Positions 9,920 through 19,238 are shown, counted from the first letter of the stretch. The stretch: DNA of 20,000 nucleotides from Spirogloea muscicola (GCA_009602725.1 WELB01000002.1:251228-271227), one strand, 5' to 3'. Notes: generated by a model not told the origin, from the sequence alone. Made by a program: numbers and translations.

Positions 9920-10256
9920 TAAAGAGAGAAGTCCCCATTGAGTTCGAAAATAGTGGGTTTAGGAGCCAACCCACTACACCAGGAAGCACTTGGGCAATGC
10001 GCAGCGGAAGACAGGCCCTGTGGCGCCGCCGTCCGGCGGCGACTCCACCTCCTGGGCGCCGACCAGCGACTGGCCCTTGACGGGCACAGCCACGGGCGCC
10101 CCGCAGCAGGCCCGCAGCAGTGCGGCGGCTGCTGCGGCGGCGAGCAGCGGCAAGGCTGCCCCTGGGGCTTCACTGGCTCCTAAACCCACTATGTTCGAAC
10201 TCAATGAGGACTTCTCTCTCTAACTGACGTATTTAGAGTGTAGTTCTCTACAGGCC
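9920..10256. mobile_element. MITE-like TIR element, copy 2
   Basis: 49-bp inverted repeats at 9920-9968 and 10174-10222, 3 mismatches by eye, each starting with TA. They enclose a 205-bp GC-rich interior. Confidence 0.75.
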
Positions 10257-10314
10257 GGATGGATCCTCAATGGGCGAGCCCTTTCTTCTTCTGATGGAAG
10301 AGCGTCCTCTCTTT

Positions 10315-10727
10315 CTCGGCTGGCCAAGCTTGTGCGGCGCGTTGTGTCCCGCAGGCGCGGTGAGCCGGCTGACTTCAACGCCGCTGGCTCGTGGGCCCAA
10401 GTCTATCGCATGCAATTGTCGGTCTTCCTCCAGCGGTCCATGGCCCAAGCCTTGCATCTGCGTGCTGGCCGCGCTCTCGCTGCGGCCTCCGGCTTTCGTC
10501 AGGGGGATAATTACTTTTCCGGCAGCTAGGCTGTCGGATTTGAGGCTCTTCACTCGTAACTACTCAGTGGTCCATCCTCCCCCCGTTCTGACATAGCTTC
10601 TTCAGGCCCCTTCGCAGCTGCTCAGCATTTATGGCCCCTTCGAACCTTTGTCAATTCTTTGCGGGCTGGCTTTCCACAGCCCTTGCCCCCATTTGGAGTG
10701 CCACTTCTGCCACTTCTTCTTCTTCTA
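10315..10727 (+). mobile_element. CRE-like 3' end, subfamily B-related (ends TRNY), frameshifted
   Basis: VRRVVSRRRGEPADFNAAGSWAQVYRMQLSVFLQRSMAQALHLRAG. Hairpin at about 10663-10682, then GAGTGCCAC(TTC)n tail. Confidence 0.8.
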
Positions 10728-10784
10728 TTTCATGCGCACCGCGCGCCTTCTCTCTAAGTAGACGGCAATGGTTGAGAAAAGTAG

Positions 10785-10970
10785 CTCTTCCGGCAGCTAG
10801 TCTGTCGGATGTGAGGCTCCTCACTCGTAACTACTGAGTGGTCCATCCTCCCCCCTTTCTGACATAGCTTCTTCGGGCCCCTTCGTAGCTGCTCAGTGTT
10901 GATGACCCCTTCGAACCTTTGTCAATGCTTTTCGGGCTGGCTGTTCGCAGCCCTTGCCCCCTTCTCTCTT
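10785..10970 (+). mobile_element. Very short subfamily B-related 3' end
   Basis: LPAASLSDVRLLTRNY* followed by the same UTR as 10565-10690. Confidence 0.75.
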
Positions 10971-11025
10971 CCAAGAAGAAGTGGCACCCTGCTTGCTTGC
11001 TTGCTTGCTTGCTGCCGCCCTGCAG

Positions 11026-12590
11026 TATATCTGGAAGCCTGCCCGCCGAGCTTGGGATGAGTGGAACTCTCACTGCCCTTCTCCTCCGCGGTCGTCCAAG
11101 CTCCTCAAAGTGAACTCGGCAGCCTCCCTCTCCAACATGACTTGATGGACATCCTCAATGTCGTAGTGCTTCTTATTAAGCTGTTGCCTGCGCACAGTCA
11201 AGAGATCGACTACATGCCAAAGGGCTTTACCAGCCACAACGCGTAAGAATTGTGCTGCTAAATCTTGAGGACTGATAGTGGTATCAGACTTCTCTATCAG
11301 CTTTATGTATCTGAAATAACAGACTATAATGTTCTCATTCGGTTCTCTCTGGAACCTCAAAAGATCTCGCTTATATTGTAGTGTGTCCTCTGGAATTTGC
11401 AGAGTGAACTGACGAAATACTTCTGCCACAGGATCAACTACCTGTGGACTCTCAACACTGCACTCCTCTCCAAACTAGTGTGACGATGTGGCTGGCACAC
11501 AGCAGTATGTCTAACTTTTCCATCAAGACTGCTCCCGTGCATTTCAGGTCTGCTTGATGCATGTTGTCTGGGACTAACTTGACCTGACACATACCTGAAC
11601 AGGCTGACAGGCTCCCTGCCACCAGCAGTCGGCAATAGCCAGAATCTGACGAACCTTGAGGTCAATATGAACAAGTGCGCAGGCCTGCGCCTTTGCCCTT
11701 CTACTTTAAGTCACATATGCTGCACGCAAAGCACAACCGTACATCAGCATGCAGCCTGTGCCATATCGAGAAGCTAAGTTTGTGCAAATGTGCTTGATCA
11801 ACAGCATCACTGGTACAATTCCGCCCGAATATGGCAATCTTACCAGCATTGACTCCTTCTTGGCAACCGATAACAGGTATGGCTAGCTCAATTGATTGAC
11901 AGAGTAGAAGAAGTATACAATTGAGACTTTGCAATCTAAGCCTGGATGTAACACTAGCACCTGAAGCAACTTACTGAAGAGGCACAGGACCGTCAAGCAG
12001 ACGTTTCAAGCGGCCATGCGTTTGCATGGTCTCCTGCGCAGCTTAAGCGGTAGCCTCCCATCAGAACTGAGTCACTGTAAGGCACTTGGCGCGCTCAACC
12101 TTCAGAGAAATAGGTATTGCTCATGTAGCCAGAGAAATTGCTCTTGCAGAGGTCGTCCCTTCAATCATTTCACGACCAGCTGTCAGTGTCCAACTTGTTT
12201 GGCTTGTAACCATCCCTCTTTTGTGCAGTGTGATCTGATTAGATGGACATAGTCATTCACTGTCTAAGCCTGCAGTCTTGGAAGTGTGTCAGAGACAGTG
12301 GGGCTCTGCTACAGTGTTGTATTGATACCCCATGTGTTCAGTCTTTTGACTAAGAAAACCATGATACAAACACGTTGCACATCTATTACTGATTCTGCAG
12401 TAATAGAAGTCTGTCACAACAGTGGGGCTCTGCTGACGTATCATACTGCATATCACATTCTTCGTGCTTGTGCAACCTGTGAGAACGCTGCTCACAGTCT
12501 TTCATACCTTTTCCACAGACTCAGTGGGCCCATCCCTCCATCATATGGCAACTTGGGTAATGTGACAGGCCTCTTCTTGTATTCCAACAA
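11026..12590 (+). pseudogene. Orphan internal LRR exons of a second plant-type LRR gene (fragment)
   Basis: Phase-2 exons: 11026-~11092 (ISGSLPAELGMSGTLTALLLRG, cut short), 11603-11674, 11805-11876, 12042-12113, 12519-12590. The last four are 72 nt with AG/GT borders. No signal peptide or LRRNT exon upstream and no TM or kinase exon downstream. Confidence 0.75.
11093..11440 (-). mobile_element. LTR-retrotransposon gag-like fragment
   Basis: ORF 11070..11429 FRQFT...YKRDLLRFQREPNENIIVCYFRYIKL...DLAAQFL resembles the retrotransposon gag pattern L..L.Q..E.V..Y..RF..L...F. It is AT-richer than the host exons. No LTR or PBS seen. Confidence 0.5.
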
Positions 12591-12916
12591 GTGGGTATTA
12601 CTCCTTTGTTGTCAACTGGTTATTGGCAATGATGAACCTTGAACCTGACTGTTTCCATGCTACCTTCCATGAAGTCAGGGTACAAACCATCATAGTCAGC
12701 TGCCACGGCATTGTTTTATAGAGATCGCATGAGCCACGATCACAATCTCTTCTCAGCTTCTGAGCTGGATGAGTGCAGAATCTGAATCTCTTTCCCCTAG
12801 ATCCTTGCCATGCTTCGTGGGAAAATAATTTGTTGTACTTGCCGGCTGAGGTGGGGCTGCTGGTTACTGAGGCTGGGCCGCTCGCTGGCTGGGAAAAAGG
12901 TGGCCATGGACGTGGA

Positions 12917-15900
12917 ATGCAACCGCTTGCTGAGCTCTTACCTGAGCCCATTGGAGCTCCGGAGTCGCAGCCGGCTGCTCCGCCACCACCTCCGCCGCCG
13001 CCGCCGCCACCACCATCGGCACGGCTGCCGCCGGCTGGCAGCGTCGCAGGCCGGCCACCGCCGCCGCCTTCCTCCGCATCGCCTTCTTCANGAGGCCCCG
13101 GAGGGCTCCCGCCGCCGCCGCCGCCACCTCCTCCCGGCCTCCATGGCCGGCGGCCTCCAACCCCCACCGCACCGCAGCCACCAGGCTTTGCGCCGCAAGG
13201 TGCTGCCACCGTCAAGGGGGTCTTCTGGACGAAGCTTCCGCAGACCAAGGGTACGATCTGGGAGGACCTCGTCAGAGCCGCCATCAGCTCGGGTGCGGCA
13301 GTCGACAGCAGTGCAACGCCTTCTGGCCTCGAGCTCGGGGATGCGCAGAAGGAGGCCCTGCGCTGGCTCTTCCGCGTCAAGCCGCGGCGGAGGGCGGCCG
13401 TGGGGCCGGGCCTGGGCGGCGGCCGCGGAGGAGGAGGCGCCGAGGAGGGCGGCGACCGGTCCCGGCGCGTGCGCCTCGTCACGCTGACGAGGGCCAACAA
13501 CATCGCGATCATGCTCACGCAGTTCCGCATGCCGCACACCGCGATCAAGGAGGCCGTCCTGGCCGGCGACCCCGACGGCGTGTTCACGCGGGAGCGGCTC
13601 GGACTCCTCATGCAGGCATCAGCTCCTTAACACATTCCTCAACCCCAAACCCTAAGTCATAAACCCTAATCTAAACCCTTAATTGCGCATATTGGGTCTC
13701 AGTCTCTACTGTTCCTCTCTCTTCTGAGCCCCCCCTCTCCTTTCTCCTGCCTTCGGTCGTCTGCTTGCTCGTCTCGTTGCTGCCCCTCACACTGTTGGAT
13801 ATGGTCATACCGTCATCCGTGGCTTATCATCATCATCATTGACATTGTTATCATTGTTGTTACTGTTGCTTTGCTGTTGTTACTGTTGCTATGACTCCCT
13901 CTGTCCCCTGTTTATCTCCCCTATGTGCCTCCCTCCCCCTCTGCCCTTCTCCTCGCCCGTGGTCTCTATCACCTCTCACTCTTGACAACCTCCTCTCTCT
14001 GTGCTTCCTGTCTTCATTGTTTTCCTCAAAACAAATTCTCTACCTTGGTTCTGTGCTCCTCTTACACTGCCCATGCCGCCTGATTGCGGCACATGCGCAT
14101 CATTGGTCTTCGATACGGCACGTCTGCTCGTGTCACACACAGAGCGCTTGGTCTTGCTACTCTGCTTAGCTCTTCCGCTTGCTCGCGGCACGGCTGTCCT
14201 TCAAGGTTTGCTGATTCGTTCCCTTGGCCATCTTCCAAAGCGGTGCAGGTGATACCCACTGACGAGGAGGTCGCGGTCTTCAAGCAGTCTGCGATTCCCG
14301 TCGACACCCTGACGTCCTCGGAGCAATTCCTTGCTGCCATGGCCCAGGTCCCCCGCCTTCGCACCAAAGTGCAGGTCTGGCCCCATCCTGCCTCATGCAC
14401 TACTCAATAGATGCAGCTAATGTATTTCATTTCTTCGCATTTTAACAATCTCAGTGCTCCTCACTCTAGCCTACTTCCATTCACTTCATGCAGACGAGAC
14501 AAAAGGGGCATTATCAGCATAAAAATGAGCGTCAGGTTCTGGAACTCAACACCTGTTGTAGACCCAAAAAACATTAGACCTCTTACGGGTAGCCGATTGG
14601 GCATGCAGGTGATGATCTTCGTGCGCCACTTTGATGCTGTCGTCAAGGATGCGATGGAGGCACTGGCGACTGTTCAGCAGGCCTGCAAGCAGGTGCGCGG
14701 CAGCGCGCTTCTGCGCTTTATCCTGGCCGCCTGCCTAGCCGCCGGCAACGAGCTCAATGCAGGGACGGCCCGAGGTACTGCCCTCTATGTCTATCCACGA
14801 CTGGCTGTTCTTAATGATAATTGATATTACTTTGACTTTTGAAGACGGGAGGTAGTCTAAAACCCGAACCTGAAGGCGCAAGGCTTGCCTAACATGGACG
14901 ACTCGGGGTGTCTGTCTTGTGAGCGTATCACAAGTCCGACTGGTCGCCCCAACTCGACGATATCTTGGGATGCTTGTGGTCCTCATTGAGCTCAGACATG
15001 TGCTGGATAGCATCTCAGGAATTACATTATGGCAAGAATTAGACTATGGCAGGTCACCAAGTCTGGTCATTGCTCCATGTCAGTGGGTCTAAGGGCGAGA
15101 GGGTCAAAGGCTTGGAATTCTGGACTTATCTCCTATGCTTGAAAGTCTTAGTTGAGCCCCCCTTACACCTCAAGCAGAAGGTGAACTACTTACTGCTACT
15201 CAAGAGACTTTCTTAATTACTATTGGTTTATGTTTGGTTGTTGTGCAGGCTCCGCTTTGGGCGTGCGGTTAGACTCTCTATCGAAGCTCGCAGACCTGAA
15301 GGTGACTTCAGTGTCGGCGGTAGTGGTCCAGCCAAGGAAGCCCAGCAGCGTACCAGCGGCGCGCCCCGACTCCATGAAGCCGCAGCGTGGGCCAGCTGCA
15401 CCCGCCCCAGCGGCAGATGACAGCGGCGGCGGCGGCAGCGACAGCGAGCCGAGACCTGGCAGCGTTTCTGGCGCGGTCGCTCGTGCCACGTCGTTCCTGG
15501 AGTTCGTGGCCGCCGCCATGGGGGAGGCGGCGCTTGTGGCGCCTGGCCAGGAGCTCGCTGCGGAGCTGGAGGCCGTCGGCGCTGCATCCCGGTGGACTCA
15601 GGTGACATTTGGCGAGCTTGTTCAATCATGATCTGCTTTCACAATCAAGGGGTCCCATGTCTAGAGCTAGCCTCAGATGAGGGGTAGGGTCCCAGCTTTC
15701 AGTTTGCTGCATGATGTACTCCAGTTCAAAGGTCAAGTGCTTCAGAGTCTGTTCTAAAAGTCGTTCAACAACGTTCATTGAAATACTTTACCCATTTATC
15801 ATTTAACTTAGTAATTGACATTATTTTGTATGCTACAGAACAGAGTGACATGGCTGATCTATGTCTGCTTGTCATATTTCTGGGGTGGCCCAGGGGGAGC

Positions 15901-16546
15901 TCGTGGAGGCGCTGTCGTCGCTCGAGCGCGGCATGGCGGCGGCGCGGGACGAGCGGGCGGCTGCTCTCTCGGGCGCCGCCGCCGCTGCTGCCGGTGGCGA
16001 CACGACTGAGGGCCACTTTGCGCTCTGGCTGGGTGACTTCCTAGAGGCTGCGGAGGCCCGGCAAGTCGAGCTGGTGGATGCTGCTGCAGCCTGCCGGTAC
16101 ACCTCTTGCGCTGCCTGCCTGACCTGCTACTGACACAATTATCAAGGGTTTGCCTAGAAATCGGCATTTAGATAACAAAACAGTTACCTCTATGCCGCTT
16201 GCAGCTTTTGACCAGAAAATCTCTCAACTTGTGCGCTGGCAGGGAGGCATTCCAGGGTCTTGCGATCTTCCTGGGCGAGAAGGCCGACACCACTGCGCCA
16301 GAGGTACTGAACCGCAGCTCAATACGCTGGTCGCAGAACAATGCACGTTATACTTCTGGCTTGCATCGTGAGCTGACTGACCACTGTCGGTTTTGCACAT
16401 GCGTGCAGACGATGTTTGGAGCTCTCTGGTCGTTTGTGCTAGACTTTGACAAAGCCCTGCGGCACGTGATGCCGCCTCCGCTGCTGCCGCCGCCGCCGGC
16501 GACAGCAGGGACAGGCGCAGCACCTGTAGCGATGGTGGCAACATGA
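12917..16546 (+). CDS. Formin (FH1 + FH2), class II/III-like FH2; 5' end uncertain
   Basis: Exons 12917-13615 (polyproline FH1; KGVFWTKL..GTIWE; RANNIAIML), 14249-14374 (VIPTDEE...EQFL...VPRL), 14609-14774 (GNELNAGTARG), 15249-15601 (SALGVRLDSLSKLADLK), 15894-16096, 16243-16303 (FLGEK), 16409-16546 (FGALWSFVLDFDKA...stop). Phases 0,0,1,0,2,0 are consistent. Intron 1 needs a GC donor. There is a single N at 13091. Confidence 0.92.
13647..13680. repeat. Cluster of telomere-like/telo-box AAACCCT(A) motifs in formin intron 1
   Basis: aaaccctaa at 13647-13655 and 13661-13669, ctaaaccct at 13671-13679. Confidence 0.6.
13700..14060. repeat. Pyrimidine-rich low-complexity intron tract with (ATC)n and (TTG/CTG)n microsatellites
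   Basis: CT-rich runs, atcatcatcatcat at about 13826-13839, and ttg/ctg repeats at about 13853-13890. Confidence 0.7.
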
Positions 16547-16953
16547 GAAGCTCCCACCTCAGAGTCCCCCCTTCCTGCTGTTGTATACATGATACATACG
16601 TGGAGTGTTGCTGGTTAGTGTTGCAGATTAGTGGAGTATGTCAGTATCAGCATTGATGCATAGTGAGCTTAATGGGTTAGGGGTTAGGGGTAAGCGTCTA
16701 TCATCACTAAAGGAGAGCCTGCCATTGCATCTAACAAGTATGCTTCTCTCTCAATTCTGGCGCAGCCTCTCACCTCAGATTGCCTGTACATTCATTTTGC
16801 GCTGGACATCAGTGCCAATTCTTGGAGCAGTCGCTCTTCTAGACCGCCTCCCTGTTGCCCTTGTAAATATTGCTCGAGCATCTGGTGAGGCAGTGTTTGC
16901 GAAGCAGTAGACGTCCTGCAAGTTTTGGCCGTGTCACAACTGCTGCTTTCATG

Positions 16954-17026
16954 GGTCAGCAAATAGAGGTTGCTAGTTCAGGACACCGACTAGCAACCTC
17001 TAATTGCTGACCGGTCGGTGTCCTGA
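16954..17026. repeat. Interlocked inverted repeats (A-B-A'-B')
   Basis: A 16954-16977 pairs with A' 16989-17012 (24 bp, 1 mismatch). B 16978-16990 pairs with B' 17014-17026 (13 bp, perfect). Confidence 0.85.
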
Positions 17027-19238
17027 TTCAGGGGTATACTTTTTGGGGGTATAACTCATTCTTGATGTACTGGTGATTGTCTGGGCTGTTAGCCACAAAT
17101 GTTGTACGTGCAGAGAAACCCAAACAGCCATTTTGGCAAGAGACGCCAACACAAGTACTCAGACAAATGCAGGCATACCTGTCGGCAGGTTGGCAGCTTA
17201 GTGTCCGTGGTGGCATGTGCTGCTCACAGGCTCAGGAGAAGGCCACGGCTGCTGATATTGAGGGGCGGCTGTGTGCAGCAGTGTGAAAGGAAGTGAAAAG
17301 CCAGCTAACTGTCCATAGTGCTGACATTGATACGTAGCCTCCTAGGAATGGTCCTTAACGGCAAGGTCTGAAGCTTTGCACCTCGGAGCTCCAGCCCTGT
17401 GCACCTTGCGCTCCAGCCCTCTAGAGCAACCGTCGTATATTCTTCCAACTTAGAAGTTGCCTTGCTTGAGACTTGATTCGCATACTGCATACCCAACGGA
17501 GATCTGTATCCCACGTCCCTTTGCATGAAGGGGCTTTGAGCAGATGTGCCAGTCCCTCTGGAGTAGCTCAACCGCAGGCCCCTATTACTCTTGCATAAGT
17601 GAAGAGCTGGCAGAACTAAGCTCAGAAGAAGCGATTCCTGCCACTCATAGCCCCTGCATGAAAGGAGAGGGAAATGGAGCTCTTGTGACAAAGCGAACCT
17701 TTACGCATTGCTTTTGGAATCGAGGAAACAAGCGATGCTTATATCTCGACGACTTGTCAGACGGCCGACAGCAGATTCAAGCAGGAGAATTTTGGGTCAG
17801 GTCTCGGACTTTTGGCTGCCTGTCATCTACATCACGACCAGGCTCCCGATGAACAACAAGTCTGCAATTGACATCTGAGGCACTCAATAGTTCAACCAGA
17901 TTGTCAGCCATTGTATTCTTTGATAATTAGTAAGTGATTTCCTATGCTCATGCATGTTAGTGCACCATGAGCTGTGCCACCGCAGCACGGTGTCCATGTC
18001 CAGTGCGTCTACTGACAGATTGCATCTATGGTATTTGTAGATGCTACTATGAAGAGGAGTACGATGGGCCCTAATGTGACCAATGTCCCTTGGCAGAGCT
18101 GACTGTCAACATGCATGGGGCTTGTGCAACATTGACGGCCTCGCTCAGCGAATTGTGCTCTCCCGCACCTGTACAGTGGATGTTTGCCCTGAGACTCACG
18201 AAGAGAAAAGCTGATGATAGCAATCTACGTGACAATACACCTTGTGACGACTTCCTGCAGCTCAAATATACACGATGAATGTGAGGTTAGAGGGCCTAGA
18301 TTATGGCCTGCTAATAATGTGCAGGCAAGATGCAGCTGATGTAGTCCATCAGGTCAATCGCGTCACAACCTTGCCAAGAAGTGCCTGGAAAGCCCACAAA
18401 TTAAGTTGCTCATGTTGTTAACTATATAATACAGAGAGTGATTGCACTCTGGCAAGCCTGTCCAGGCCCTCCAGACCTCCACATGCCTCACATAAGATGG
18501 CAGCATCCATGTGGACGACATGGACAAAGCGGCAAAGTGAAAGGAGGTCCTGCAAAGGGGACTGTTGATAAGAAGCCTTGATTGCAAGCAAGTTGCAAGG
18601 CCCTTGACACAAGCTGCACATAGGCGTGTAGCATGCACCAGCTCAGGCCTTTACTCTGCCTATCAACAGTGTGGTCCTTCATTACACTACTTAAACGTGG
18701 TGTAAACCTCGCCTTGCATTGCTGACAGGACCTCAGACAACAACATTGGAGCTCCATCCTCTCTGGATACAGGGTTCTCAATCAGTCCAAATGCAAATGA
18801 AAGTTGTGCCGTCAGATGATGGCACTACAAGGAATTGATCTCAAGATTTGTCAGAAGCTCTCAATATAGAAGCTTCACCTTCTAACCTGATAAGAACTGC
18901 TACAGTGTAGATGTGCTAGTAGGTGAGCGCTGGCCATGCACACGTATGCAGTAAGGCTGTATTCATATGTACGCAGCTATGAGCAGTCCCAGTCAAAATT
19001 GGAGTTTCTTCCATTTGCCAACAACTGTCCCAAACAGGAGCCAAATCAGTGTCTTGTGTTTGCTCCTGCAAGAGCGTGAGACAAGACATCGTGACAAAAT
19101 GGAGCGGTGGTCAAGTCACCACCCTCTGACCTCAGGAGCAATGGCCGCACAGCAATTGCCAGAATGTCTGTACAGAACGGCGATGCGCCGCAGATAAATG
19201 AGTGGCCTCCAGTGGCGGTGCCGGAGTGCGAGAAGGTG

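Larger units (their letters stand above)
4470..10970. mobile_element. Nested cluster of about 16 5'-truncated CRE-like (RLE-type) non-LTR retrotransposon 3' ends, at least six subfamilies
   Basis: Repeated peptides match the C-terminal RLE region of CRE-clade elements: R.D...DV.....AE/AR.K..KY/HY....F/Y.P.A.D..G..G.....L..LA......YRMRLS.SLQRS.A.ALH.RAG, all ending S.SDL..L(T/S)R(G/T/N)Y*. A shared 3' UTR hairpin and (TTCT)n tail follow. No RT domain is present in any copy. Confidence 0.85.

Noticed and set aside
4470..10970. Telomere- or spliced-leader-targeted CRE array
   Set aside because: No telomeric repeats or repeated SL-like target at any junction, and the array is flanked by genes on both sides.
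11026..12590. Plus-strand LRR exons as a recent inverted duplicate of the minus-strand LRR gene
   Set aside because: None of the five repeats matches a visible minus-strand exon beyond the generic LRR consensus, and no intron similarity was seen. A relation to exons outside the window cannot be excluded.
12598..13611. 337-aa minus-strand Gly-rich ORF and other overlapping ORFs
   Set aside because: Antisense shadow of the GC-rich formin FH1/FH2 exon.
17030..19230. Short ORFs between the formin and the UbiA-like gene
   Set aside because: No recognisable motifs, no consistent exon chain and no GC-rich codon pattern like the real exons. Treated as intergenic or UTR.
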